Shown: in pieces, positions 25,945-39,323 of the stretch | How the letters are laid out: every line of letters begins with the position of its first letter | Numbering within the stretch: position 1 is the stretch's first letter | Source: Cetorhinus maximus | Lineage: Eukaryota | DNA: 64,000 bases | Direction: 5' to 3' | Assembly: GCF_964194155.1 (NCBI RefSeq) | Contig: NC_135904.1 | Span: forward strand, 21,824,001 to 21,888,000 | The notes under the pieces: generated by a model | Database searches by the model: none | Seen by the model: the letters and a program-made list of their open reading frames with translations, nothing else | Told to the model about the DNA's origin: nothing | Position numbers and translations under genes: made by a program

Positions 25945-26545
25945 GTAAGGACTTTTTAGTAATTAAGTACACAGAAATTGTGGAAACATATAATTCGCAA
26001 ATGTTGGAGTTAACACTTGGCTACACCAGTTTTCCCTTTTCCAGCTTTTTCCTGCTTACTCCTTCTGGAAATTAGTACTGTAATTTGTGAAGACCCATGT
26101 AAGGTACTAGTTAACAAAGCCTTTACGTTATTCAGAACACATTTCAAGCATTGTCATGTAGAGAACCGAATACGTTTCTTCATAAATAGTAACTGCAGTC
26201 AGCAAGACAATAGCACATAGTCTTTTCCTTCTGTTTCTCTCTGTCCATCCCTGTCTCTATCTATCTTTCTCACACAATCTCTCTCTTTAAGCTCATGCTT
26301 TATAAACCCAATGGGGAGAATTGGGGAGTGGGCGCGGGTGGGCACGGAGCCGATCGCCACCTGCGATCGGCTCCACACTGCCATTTTACATGGGTGAGCC
26401 AATTAAGGCCAGCATGAAGCGCAGCTCCCGAGGATAGTGGGAGTGGGTGGGCGGCAGGTGGGGGAGTGTAATGACCATCGGGTCCAATGGCGACCCAGCA
26501 GCCTGTTCAAATAGAGTGCTGGCAGCCTTGCAAAGGCTGTTCATT

Positions 26546-28739
26546 ATGGCCAGTAAAAAGGCTCCCCAGAGCGCTGCTCGAGAGCAGGCCAAGCAGGAGG
26601 GTAGTGCAGCGGGACAGTGTGCCCCTCGGTTTTCTGATGAGTGCCTAGCTGCCCTCCTGGAGGAGGTGGCAGCACAGCGGGAGGTCCTCGTTCCAAGGAA
26701 TGGGAGGCAGAGACTCACCTGACCAAACGTGCCTGGGAGAAGGTGGCAGGCATAGTCAGCTCCCATGACATGGTGCGACGCACATGGGACCAGTGCCACA
26801 AGCGATTCAACAACCTCTTGCACTCGGAAAGGGTGAGTACCATATTGGCAGAGGTCACTTAACTCCCCCCAAATACCCCCCCACCCCCCAACCCCAACCC
26901 CAACTCTGAGTGCAGTTACAGCATTGAATCATTCATGGCATGTTCCCTCGCTGGGTGGGATATTGCCCGTGCCTAGTTCACCCTGAGAGGGTAGTGCTGA
27001 GATGGGTTCTGCACCCGCAGCATGTATGACACTGACACCCAGAGTACTGTTTTAGGAGCAATCTCAAGGATCTGCACCTAGGCGCAGTGCGGGAACTGCG
27101 AAACATATCAAAGTCAGGATGCTGACATGCTGGGAGGGGAGCTTCCAGGTGGCGGGGAACCCATCCATCTGCTGCCCTTGGCGTTCCACGTGCTTGCTCC
27201 TTGTTGCTTTGCAAGGTTAGACCGTGTGGTGCCAAATGCGATGGAGGCAGCATGTGGAAAAGGGGGGTCAGCCCTGGCTTCTTGGTATGAGTGTGCGGCA
27301 GCTGCAGGGTGACAAATCACTGGAGCCCTGCAATGTCCCACTCTGGTTGGGGTGGCAGGGATGCGATGGGAATACAGGTACACGGTGGACTAATCAATGC
27401 TCGTCTCTCCTTTTCAGGAGAAGACCACACACAGTGCCGCCAAGCGGATGCGGACTGGCGGAGGCCAGGCCCTGTTGGCCATCATCACCAGATACGAGCA
27501 GGAAGTGATGAATATGGAGAGGCGCCATGCACCCAGGTCCACCGGTGGCAGTGAGGCTGGAGTGCCACGGGGAGGTAAGATTGCCGAGCACTGAGGCCAC
27601 CATGTGTGTCCCAGCAGCCATGGCACTGTTGAATGTTCAGTGATTGAAGCTTGCAACATGGGTTGACCATTGACTATAGAAGGATGAGCGCATACTGATC
27701 CGGGGAACAGGCATGTACATTGATGTTGTCTCCACTTTAACTGATCAAATGTCCTTGTTCTTCCTTTCAGCATCATCGGAGCAGGGCCGGGAGGAGGAGG
27801 AGGCAGATGGGCCACCTCTCACACCTGAGGGCCCTGAACAATTGGACTCACCAGCGTCACACCATTTCTGCCAGACAGGCACCAGCGCAGATACTAGCAC
27901 CTCGGTGGGAATTAGATCATTGGCTAGTATCCCGGGGCACAGCGGTGAGGGCACTTCACACTCGCTTGAGGTGCAGGTGGAGACAGAGTGCCCATGGCGT
28001 CGGCAGTCGGAGGACTGCTGGGGACCAAGCACATGCTCGGTCGGATGCTGATGATGTGCCTCTAGAGTCGTCCGTGAGGCAGCAGACGCCGGAAGTGCAG
28101 CAGGGTAGGCGGGAGGATCTGGCAGAGATACAAGAGGCAATGTGTGGCATGGTGCCCATGCTGGAGGAGTCCACGCGGAGCATCACCGATGCAATGAGCC
28201 TCATGGCCGAGCGTTATGCTTCCTCCATGGAGAGAGTGGCAACTCTCGTGGAGAGGATCTTCCAGGAGAACAATCAGGGCCTCCTGGGGTTGCGCTCGGA
28301 CCTGCAAGCCCTCACAGCGACATTGACCTCAGCTAGTCAGTGCCAGTTTGGGAGATGGTTTGGGCACCAAGTATCCCAGCTCGGTGCCCATCCATCAATG
28401 GTGAGCAAGGAGGTCCAAAGCGACCTCACGCCGGCGCAGGAGCTGCCTGTCTCTGTGGGCTCCTCTCAGGGTGCTGCAGATGAAAGCAGCAGCTTCTCCA
28501 CCCCTCTGCCAGTGACTATGGGATCCGATGATGCTGCAGTGATTGGGGAGATGCCAGCTGTGAAACTGGCCACTCCCTCCCAGGCAGGGTCATCGAAGGC
28601 TCCACAGGCCAGAGGACTCCTGCCAAGGTCATCGAGGCCAACAGGACAGCACAGTGAGCAGGCTGTCTCAGTTGCAAGTGCCAGCGAGGGAGGAGCACCT
28701 AGACGTAGCACCCGGAAATGTAAGCTTAAGGCACTTTAG
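26546..28739 (+). pseudogene. Harbinger Myb/SANT-like DNA-binding gene, 3 exons (26546-26832, 27418-27574, 27771-28739), frameshifted
   Basis: APRFSDECLAALLEEV...AWEKVAGIVSS...RRTWDQCHKRFNNL (Myb/SANT), then EK...RMRTGGG; GT-AG introns; frameshifts near 26720 and near 27990. Confidence 0.85.
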
Positions 28740-28928
28740 GCACACTCCCGGTTTCTCATTGGTGATGTTATGTTGCCCTGCTATTAGTTGATGACCACTT
28801 GGTGTGATGTGTAACACCTTTGCAATTATTTGTTTTTGTGCCTCATTTTGTTAAATCATTAAATTTTGATATGTAAGCATGGCTCAGGGTGATCCCTTAC
28901 TTCTGCAGGTGGACAGGAACCTATGATG

Positions 28929-30035
28929 TTATGAGGGACTTGTTTGACATTGGGCTTTATTGACAAGGCACTTAATGTTCCTACCCAGGCAGATTTTGCA
29001 CTCAGGTATTGAGTATGGAGCCTGCAGCTCTGGCTTGTGTTGGAGGTCTAGTTTAAGGTTTGTTGGATTAAAGCCTCCCTGGAGGATGCCCAGGTCAGCA
29101 TCTACCCCCTCAGCATTCTCCTGTGCATGCTCATCCTCGGAATCACTACTGGACTCATTGTGTGCAGCTGGAGCAACTGCGTCTCCATTTTCTTCCTCCA
29201 CTGCATCCCCCCTTTCCAGCGCCAGATTGTGGAGAGCACAGCATGCAACCACTATCAGTGACACATGATCTGGAGGGTATTGGAGTGCGCCCCCTGAATG
29301 GTCCAGGCATTGGAAGCGCATCTTGAGAAGACCGATGGTTCTCTCTGCCACAGCCCTTGTGGAGGCATGGCTCCTATTGTACCGCTGCTCAGCCTCTGTT
29401 CTTGGATGGCAGAGGGGCGTCATGAGCCACCTTTTGAGGGGATAGCCCTTGTCATCCAGCAGCCATCCATCCAGCCGGGCTAGAGCACTGAAGAGCATCG
29501 GCACCTGGGAGTGTCTGAGGATGTAAGCGTCATGGGAGCTGCCTGGGTACCTTGCATAGATTTGAAGAATCTGCATCTTATGATCACACACTATCTGCAC
29601 GTTCAAGGAATGGAATCCCTTCCTGTTGACGAAGGCACCGGGCTCACCCGCTGGCACCTTGATGGCCACATGTGTGCAATTGATTGCACCCTGGACGCGG
29701 GGGAAGCCAGCAATCGCTGTGAAGCCTCTGTCTTGCTCTGTCTGGCTGGCCTCATTCCAGAGGTAGTGGATGAAAGTCAATGCACGCCTGAACAGAGCAT
29801 CCGTCACCTTGACACAAGTGTGGACAGCTGATTGAGAGACTCCGCAAAGATTACCCACCAACCCCTGGAAAGAGCTGGAGGCATAGAAGTTGAGGACAGC
29901 CGTGACCTTCAAAGCCACTGGCATGGGGTGCCCACCCACACAGTTGGCGCAGATCTCAGGGCCTAGCATCTGACAGACGGTGGTCACCGTCTCCCTTGAG
30001 AGATGGAGCCTCCTTCGGCACTGCACCTCAGACAT
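28929..30035 (-). pseudogene. Harbinger (HARBI1-like) DDE transposase, first catalytic Asp mutated to Asn
   Basis: 368-aa ORF with FPRVQGAINCTHV (normally GAIDCTH), NRKGFHSLNVQIVCD, PGSSHDA, LLDDKGYPL, ERTIGLLKMRF, ACCALHN; N-terminal part (~30256) is frameshifted. Confidence 0.9.
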
Positions 30036-30997
30036 ATTGAGGTAGCTGCTTCGCCGCCTGTATACCCTGGCAGCAGGATAGTGGTGTCTTATGCAGCCCC
30101 TCCCGCCTTGCTATTCCTTATGGCCCTACGACCCTTGTGCCTGCGCCTCTCCTCCCAAAGGTGGCTCTCCTGGAGGCTGAATGTGGATTCCTGGCCTCCT
30201 CCTGTTTCTGGCCCTCCCTTCCTCCTCAGAGGAGGTGCCTCTAGCACAACTCCCATTCTCAGGCTGAGGGAAGGCTTCCTGAAACCAGCAAGGCCCCAGA
30301 AATGATGTTTACTCAGAGTTCTGAAGGCTGTTACTCCTGTCCAAGCAGCTGTGAAGAGTTTTGAAGTATTCCTGTTCACACAGGCAAGTATCAGTAACTT
30401 TAAGCATTAAATGTCTGACAAATAACACTCGCGACCCCACTCACCCCTCTTATCCCACCCGTGGATGAGGTTTATACAAATGTGGCCTGCCCATTGCGCC
30501 CATGCAACGACCTGAAGATCACGCGGGCTCTGAAAAATCACCATCAGTTGCTGCCTTAAGGGTCTTAAGTGGCCTGTTATTTAATGGCGGGCGCGCATTG
30601 GAGATCATCGTGCACCCGCCCATCGAAATATCACGATAGCGCATGGTAACGTCAGGACGCTCACCCGACGTCACCGTGCGCCACTTTACGCATGCCAACG
30701 AGAAAATTCTGGCCAATGTCACAGGAGTGAGAGAAGATAAAACTTCTCCTTTTCCCAACATAGCTTGTCTATCTAAACCTTTACAAACTCATGTGGGAAC
30801 ATGGATTTATGGGACTTAGGTGTTTGTGTGACTGTCAGTGTTGGTGTATGATGCAATTTTGAGGTGTGCTATAACCAACTTTCAACTTGCTATCATCGAA
30901 GATCACCCAGAAAGTGTGCAACATCTGCAACTGCTTGTTGATCATGATCTATAATCCTGACAAATTTTTCCTCTTCCTAGCCTGCTACCGTGGCTGA

Positions 30998-31228
<231 letters not shown>

Positions 31229-31598
31229 AAACCATGTGAGAAATGTCAAAGACTTGCTGAAAATGTATTTCTACGTATCACCCTTTTGTTAGGACACAGG
31301 CATTGTATTCAGGGACAGTGGTAAATCCAAAGCCTAAATCCAAACTAGCATTTGATTTCCTGAGGAAAACCTGAATTGGGATCAGTTTGAACTGAAAGGT
31401 GCTAGAATCTTTAACTAAGATGCTGTTGTGTCTTAATTGTTGGTGCATTTGCATTTCCCCTTTCTTTTGGAGAGTAGAGGCCTTTTGTGGTTTATGATAA
31501 TCCTGTTGGGAATTTAGCATACGGCTTCGCTATAATGGGAATAGAATATTTAATCATATGCCTGTTACACTACCAGATTATAGAGTGGTTTATACAGT

Positions 31599-32540
31599 TG
31601 TCACAAAACTAATAATTTTCATAATATTATCATGGTTTATTGTAAAGTAGATTTAGGGTATGAGTGGTGATGGTTCTGTTGATTTAATTAAATTGGAGTC
31701 AGCTGGAATGCAAGCTTGAAATTATGATAAGGAGTTAGATATAGAAAGGTACTTGAAATGCTAATGAGTAAACATGGATGAAGTCTTAGCATATAAGGTA
31801 TGAAGGAAATTTGCATTTTTAGATAAGTGAAGGAGTTGTTTGGATTTCAAAGGGATGGTCGAATGCTTACAACTGGAAAGGTAGGCAAGGCCAAGCAGTG
31901 TGTTTATTTTTACCACAAAGAAAGAGATCATATTGGCAACATGAAAGATTTTTATATTATGGGAAAAGTAAATTTGGAAAGACATATGGAACAATGGAAT
32001 TTACACATTAAAGAGAGAAAAATGTATATAAAGGGAAATGTAAGATCTAACAGGAGTGTGTGAAACAGCCTAGAAGAAGTCTCCAAGCATTTTTGCAAAA
32101 GTCTGCTGTGTCCAGTAACTAATGTTGGAGAAAAGCCTTTGGAATTCGACTGTTGAGTGGGTGCTGTGGTAACTTGCTGGCTTGCTTTTTAAATTTAAAA
32201 TTTATTTTGGACTGTTGTCTTAAAGGGGTGTATATTTGGGAGTTAGGTTAATTAAGAATTTTAGGATTTGCATAGTATTAAGTAATTAAGAATTTTAGGA
32301 TTTGTTATTGTATTAAGTAACTGTAATCTTATGTATATGCTTGAAATCTTTGCTTTTTATAATAAATATTTTAATTTAATTTTTAAAATATCTAAAGGTC
32401 TTACTGGACTCGTTACTTCTGAATTCAGTGCACAAATCTTCTTGTAATAAAAACAAATTGCAAAACCATTATGATAGCATGGCCAAGTTTCCCTTGTGGA
32501 TTTGGTCCGCCTGGCACACACCACCTGCCACGTCATAATA
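31599..32540 (+). mobile_element. Related, more diverged solo LTR in sense orientation just downstream of the DNAAF4 stop
   Basis: Start tgtcacaaaactaataattttcataatatt and end cacctgccacgtcataata resemble the reverse complements of the two LTRs above; AATAAA at 32361 and 32446; no clear TSD. Confidence 0.6.
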
Positions 32541-32839
32541 AGAGGATCTTCGCCTGCTCTAGAAAGTCTCCAGTCAAAACTCCAAATGGTGGATGTACTC
32601 ACCCATGTGACTTTAGAATGGCTTCTAAAGTTAAGTTCAGTTAAGAAATACTGCTATTTGAAGTTACACATTTGAGTCAGTGGACCTTGTCCCCATTATA
32701 GTGAAGCTGCACGTTCAGTTTCCAACTGGACTACCATGACTATTCAGTAACTTATTCCTAAAAGTATCTTTGTGGAAGATGAAAACAAAATAAGTCTTAG
32801 TTGTGATGCCCGTGATAAAGTAATAGCCACTAAAGTAAA

Positions 32840-34946
32840 GGGGTGAATTTTAATGTGTAGGAGCAGGTAGTGTTTAAAACTAGGGAAATGGACAGTGCAT
32901 TGGGAAGCTGACTCCAACCCACCAACTTCCACATTTCACCACAGCATGTTAGGCTGCACGCGAACAACCCCGCGGGAGAGGCAGAGTTTCAATTCCAACA
33001 TGCTAATTGGTCAATTACAGCATTATTAACATGGCTTTGCAATTTAACTGTGGATCTATGCATGTCCCAAGCATCCTGGAACCTGCCAGTCTAAGTAAGG
33101 TGAGTACACAGCGGCAATTGAGGGGGCTAAGGACATGGCAGGGAAATGTGTGAATGAAACCTCACAGCTGCTTTCTTGCCTGCTTGTGTGAAAGACTTTG
33201 TTCACAGTACTTGTGTTGAGAGGTAGCTCTGACAACTGTGGTGATTACTTTGACAACTTGGGAGATTTGTATGTCTGATCTGCATTTTGGAACTGAGCTA
33301 TCAGATTAACATGGGTGTCCTTTATGTTGTATCACTTTTATTTACTTAGATGAGGACTAAGATGACCAACACCAGCAGGAGCAGCAATAGCCTGCTTCTC
33401 TCATACCTGCAGCTCTACAGGACAGGTGGAGTTGTGAGCAAGTGCATTGGCAAAGAAGGATAGGTGTACCTGTGTTATGACACATCAGTTGGTAAAGGCT
33501 GAGTTGTTTAAATCCCAGAGGGAAACTTGAACTGTCATAACCTATATTTTCAATTGGTATGTTTGAGATGCAGCTCTGAATTCAGGAATAAGACCACCGA
33601 GCCTGGAAAGGTTTTTTATATAAAACTAAATTAAACATTTATTAATTTAACAACAACATTCACATCTACAAATTACTAACATAATAACTTTTAAACTAAT
33701 CCCCAAATTAATCACTCCCAGGTAAATCTTCACCAAGGCAACAGTAACCCATAGACTTTAAACAAACACCAGGCAAAGCACATTTGACCTTACAAATTCA
33801 AAATGAGGTTCCTTGCAATTTGGTTCCTTTGCAGACACAGTTGCAGGCTTACAGGCTGGTTAGATGTTAAATGCCACTGACTTACACACACAAACTCCTT
33901 TCTGTTCATACGTACTTTTTCCTTTGAATGTACAATTTCCATTGTATTACTAGGTTTTTTAATTTTACCTCTCCTAACAATAATCCTTTCATTCCACCAA
34001 TTTTATTAGTAATATAAACACATTGCATGGCGTTTCCCAGCTAGGTGCAAGATTTTAATCTATTCTTTTGAATGGTTTATTCAACAAATGCAAATTTACA
34101 TCTTACCTCCTCCTTATGTTTATATAATTAACATCTCAAACAACTATACATCAAAGCACCCAGACTAGCTGGCTTTAATCCAATTAAGACACACATAGAC
34201 ACAGACCCTACTACAATTCCAATTTAATAATAATTTCCAATAACATTTTAGACATTAATATCTCTTCATGACAACCTGTAAGGTAACTTGGTGTGAAGAG
34301 TGCTGTGCTGGTGTATGGTTGAGAAAGCAAAGAGGGGTTTGGGTGATACACACATCAGGATGTAGGTGAAGTGCTATTGTACTCACATTCCCTGCCCTAC
34401 TTATGTTATTGAATCCATGAGTTTAGTATCACAATCCTGCTGCTGAACACATGGGCAAGCTCCAGGCACACCTTCTTTGTTTCATTGGCAGGCTTCTTCC
34501 TCCTGTCAATAGGGAAGCGAGTCTCTTTGTTGGCCCTTACAGCCTCCAGCTTCACACCCAGAAAGGCATCACTGAAACAAGGCATAGCCTTTGAACTCTG
34601 GAGAAGAGTCATATGAACTCAAAACATCAGCTCTGTTTCTCTCTCCACAGATGCTGCCAGACCTGCTGAGTTTTCCCAGCATTTTTTGTTTTTATTTATT
34701 ATAGCCTTTGAACTTATGGATTCAATTCTGCCAGTTCCTTTCGCTGTGCTCCCAACTCCAAAATCCATCAAATTACATGGTTGGAGTGTCCCTTGGAGTG
34801 TACTGGAGTTGAAATTGACTCATCTGGGTTGTCATTAAGCTGGTTCATACTAATTGGTTGTAAAACCAAATGATGTAATGCAGTGGCTGGATTAAAAACC
34901 CGATGGAACCCTTGCTCCTAGCAAGTTGGGAACTTAAAATCTAGCT
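32840..34946. mobile_element. Second, internally deleted Harbinger relic in opposite orientation, interrupted by a solo LTR and a PLE micro-insert
   Basis: Minus-strand PCFSDAFLGVKLEAVRANKETRFPIDRRKKPANETKKVCLELA...SWIQ (34406-34585) is a Myb/SANT N-terminus; TIR-like ends ggggtgaattttaa / ttaaaatctagct. Confidence 0.6.
33473..34273 (-). mobile_element. Solo LTR of the same family with 5-bp TSD ACCTG
   Basis: acctg|TGTTATGACACATCAG ... CTTCATGACA|acctg; shares aatcccagagggaaacttgaa, ataagaccaccgag and aaactaaattaaa with 3974-4815. Confidence 0.85.
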
Positions 34947-37900
34947 GAAAGTTTCAGAGACCAGCAGAAATATACCCTAGAAGAATGAGTTATTGCAAAT
35001 TGCATTTTATGCAATCTTACTATGAGTACTAGTTCGTCACACTCTATCTAAATACATGCTAGGACCAAACAAAAGTTAAAGCTTTTGTATTGTCCTTCTA
35101 CAGCACTAATATCAATTTGGCTGTTCAGATACAATAATACTACATATGCAATTTCAGCCAAACAGTACTGCTTTGCCATTTGTAAATTAACAATAAAAAA
35201 ACCCACAAGTTTTTGAGGTAACTACCAGAATAACATAATGGAGGCTTTAGTCAAACAGGATAATAATGCAGTACTCGCACTCCTGTATTTCATTTGAATA
35301 TTATTCATCAAAAACATTAATGTTTCCACATATTGGTAATTGTTTCAAAGCCCTAGCAGAAGCTGAGACCAATGGAGTCTTTCAGTCAAACACCACAGTG
35401 TATTTGCTTCAAATGTAAATGAATGTTGCAATGATACATTGGAACATTGTATTGTTTACACTACCATTATTGTATTTTAAAGATGTTTTAAACCTTAAGT
35501 TTTGATTGAATAGTGAAATTAGATAACCCATCTGGAGTAGAAGACAGGTGTTAATGAGAATATAGAAAGGAGAAAAATAAAATTATTATTTAAAGAGGAA
35601 AGGGAATGCATCCAACTGTAACCCATGTTTTCAATATCACAGAAATACTCAGCAAAAGAAGAAATCTGCTGACAAGCCAGGAGAGAATGAGATTCAGGAC
35701 AAACTGCTGACGACACAGATTGGAGATAGACCCAGTTCCATAGAGGAAGACACAAGATTGACATTAAACTGCTGATGGACTAAGGTGATCAGATCTTATT
35801 CTGAACCTAATAAAATTTGGACAGAACTGTTCTATTGTTAATCAATACCATCTTATTTTTTAAAAACTCCCAAAATATGTACTGTGGTATTTTAGTTATA
35901 AATGTAACATATTAACATGAACTGAATCTAGCACGTGTTACACCTTGGTAATCTTATACTAGACTGTTGTGCTTTAGTTACTAAATTGATATTATCTTGT
36001 TTATTGTAGTTAAATACATAATTGTGTCTGTCAAATGTGATACCTCAGAATAGGGAAGTTTTATTGGTGGTTCACATAATGATATGTTGTACTGGTAGCT
36101 GAATAAAACTGAATGAAAATTTTCTAACCTGAATTGGGTTTATATTGAATGACTCAGAACAAGTTAAGTCAGTGTTTTATACAGTATCTTAGATAAATGT
36201 AAATTCAGATACTTCTCTTTAAATATATTCTGGCATCTCTGAGACAGTTGGTATATGATAACAATGAACATTCTGACTTTATACATTTACATTTTCAATG
36301 AACATTCTGACTTTATCAGGCATAATATAATCTAAAACAGTCAGGTTTTAGACAGATGCAAAGGATATGGGGCCCTGCCAGCTGAACAGTTGGTGAGGAA
36401 CACATCCCTGAGGAACGCTAATTAGCTGGAGCAGGGATTTCAGCCCCTTATTAGGGCGGAAGTCCTGCCTCAAGAGCTGCCAGTCAATCCGATTGGCCGG
36501 CAGCTCTATAGTCCCAGAAACACCAGCGGCCAGCACTGGGACTACAAATGCTCCCCAGATTCTATGTCCTGGAGTCCAGGGCCAGGTAAGTGCAGGGGCT
36601 CTTACGGCGAGGAAGGCAGATGAGGCTGGGATGTGGGGGTGGTGGGGGGAGAGGGGGGTGTGGGAGGCTGGGCGTTGGGGGGGTGAGGAAGCACCCATGG
36701 GGTGCTGACTTTGGGAGCGGAATGTGGAAATGGGGCCCTTGAGGGAGGTGCTCCCCACTTACTGTCTGAGGCTTGAGCAGAGTGATCTGTTGGGCTTCCC
36801 CCCTCCCCCCGCTTCCCCTGAAGTCGTCCCATCAGCATCAGAACCTCAAATACCTGATGACAATGTTAACTGGTATATCTATTGTTACACTCAAAAATCA
36901 TTTTGGTTTTGAGAATATATTGAACAATACAGAGGTATTTTATTGAACAGCAAGCTCCATTACAAATACAAAAGCATGTCTATAGCCATCTGTAGTGTCA
37001 TTTTAAAAATGTATTCATGGGATGTGAGCATCAGTGGCAAGGCCAGCATTTACTGCCCATCCCTAATTGTCCTTGAGGATGTGGTGATGAGCTGCCTTCT
37101 TGAACCGCTGCAGTCCATATGGTGTAGGTACACCCATAGTGCTGTTAGGGAGGGAGTTCCAGGATGTTGACCCAGTGACAGTGAAGGAACGGTGATATAT
37201 TTCCAAGTCAGATGGTCTAATAAATTCTGGCTGTTAGGACTTCTTTTTGATTCCAGCATTATTAATTCATAGCCTAGAAATACAGGTATTGTTTCTAACA
37301 TTTGGGTGTGCATGGTGACTGTTTATCCCATGTACATAGAACTGTTGATAATCAACTCTATTTTAAGTACCTCATGCAGAATGGAAAGAATGCTATTCTT
37401 TCAGCATCCAATGCAAAAACCATTTCAAGCAGTGCATCTTCTTAAAATAATCCATTTTTAAGTTAAGAAAAATAATACACCCAGAGAAAAGTCACAAATG
37501 CACATAAAAATTTCCTGTTTTTGTTATAACCACCTCCTAGTACCCTTACAATAATACAGTAACAGAAAAGGACCAGTGATTGGCTTCAGTAGTGAAACTG
37601 TCCTTTAACTTTGATTCTGCAATTGACAGGGGAAAGTTACTTGTTTCATTGAAAGTCAAGTTGTATTTAAACAACAGCTATCAGTCTCAGACCAGAAGCT
37701 GCAATGTTACTTCAAGTCAAGTGCACCCTGTTTTTGGTTTCTGGAACTCCAATTCTACCGCCCACAAGATAGTTTGGCAAATGCAAGTTATAGCCATCAG
37801 CAGAGGTCCTCTCATAACAGTTAGAACTTCAAATGTTTAGAATGCATGTAGGATGATGCACACTGCCTAAACATTTAAATTAACTGAATGTCACCATTTT

Positions 37901-39323
37901 TGAAACCTGCTTTGACAGCGCACTAGAGTTGTAGTACACGCAGCATCAAAGAATTGTGTACAACCATTTTGCTATCTGGAGTGCAGCCAGACACAGAGCC
38001 TGGATTTAGACTACACCTTTAGCATTGGTGCAGCACTAAAGTTGTAGGATGAACAGACACTTTGTATAAAATCCATTTAAAAGTTAAAATATTACTCATT
38101 AGCAGATCCCCAATGGCATTGCTAATGATAGTTGAATCATACGCTGTTATCTATTAGAGGAGTCATCAACAATGTATGATTGGGAAAGTGATACAGGAAG
38201 TAAGTGTGACATTTTTAGGAGGCGCATTATATATGCAAGAATTTTAATGTATTACTTAATCAGCAAGAGCAGGGCCAACAAAATGGGAGTAGGACCAGTG
38301 CGTCTTTAAATAGTAGGATGGGGCTGGAAAGTCTTTTAATTCATGGAGGTATTTTGAAGTTAAAGTAATATAAACAATAATGGTATTTCAGAGCATAGAT
38401 GATCACAGATTGGAAAGCAGTGCCTAAACAAATGGCTGACATAGAACGGGGTAGGAGCTAATATACAACTGAAGTCAAATCTGGAACTATTTTGCCAAAC
38501 TACAAGCATAAGGGATATGGGACAGAATAGAAATGAAATGGGAGTGGGGACGGGGGAAATCAGAAAGCAGGGCAGAGCAAAGATTGGAACCGGGAGGTAT
38601 TTTAAATTCTAATACACCCAAAATAGAAAGAGGAGTCAGGCAGAGCTGAGATATATTCTGCTTAAACGACTGGAAAGGAGGAGTGGGACCTAAACAAACA
38701 ATGAGAAGCAGTCAAGAACGGGAATAGAGCCTAAAGCGGGGTGTGATTTGGAAGGGAGGTATCATTCTTAAATGATTGCCACAGAGAAGGGTTATCTAAA
38801 TGGTTAGGAGGGGGAGATGGTTTTGAGCTGGGACACTTTTAAAATTCAGATGTAACAGAGCAGTTCTTCAGAGTCCTGCATTGTATTGGCCAGCAGAAGT
38901 AGAGTGCCAAGTGAATGCAAATGGAAGGTGCAACAACACCATCCAGTATAGGGGCTCTGTAAGACTTTATATTAAATGTATGTGACTGCTAGTTCTTGAC
39001 ATTTAAGATGTTGGGCCTGTCTGTATTCTTCTGACTGCTGCCCTATCAAGCATGACTGAAAGAAATTTTGACACAAGAATAAAGTTCTATACAGAAATAT
39101 ATACTGCATGAAGGATTTATAAACACATATCCATATATATGCACATAAATTCTAGTTTTGCACATTCTCTCCCAAAAATTTCCCATAAACAAAAATGAAC
39201 TGTTCTATTCACTATGCCAACTACTCAACAAATATTACCATGGTATTTCTTCCAGTTGGCTATGATAAAACCATGTGGACTCATGAACCATGCTATGCTG
39301 CCTTTGCTCTTTTGAGTATCAAA

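Larger units (their letters stand above)
26313..30714. mobile_element. Complete PIF/Harbinger DNA transposon (Myb/SANT gene on +, DDE transposase on -, convergent) in the last DNAAF4 intron
   Basis: Imperfect TIRs GGGGAGAATT / AATTCTGGCC, 3-bp direct repeat AAT on both flanks, two-gene layout typical of Harbinger. Confidence 0.9.

Noticed and set aside
28929-30035. Domesticated host HARBI1 gene
   Set aside because: Lies within TIRs and a TSD, has a frameshifted N-terminus and Myb partner, and is not at a HARBI1 syntenic position
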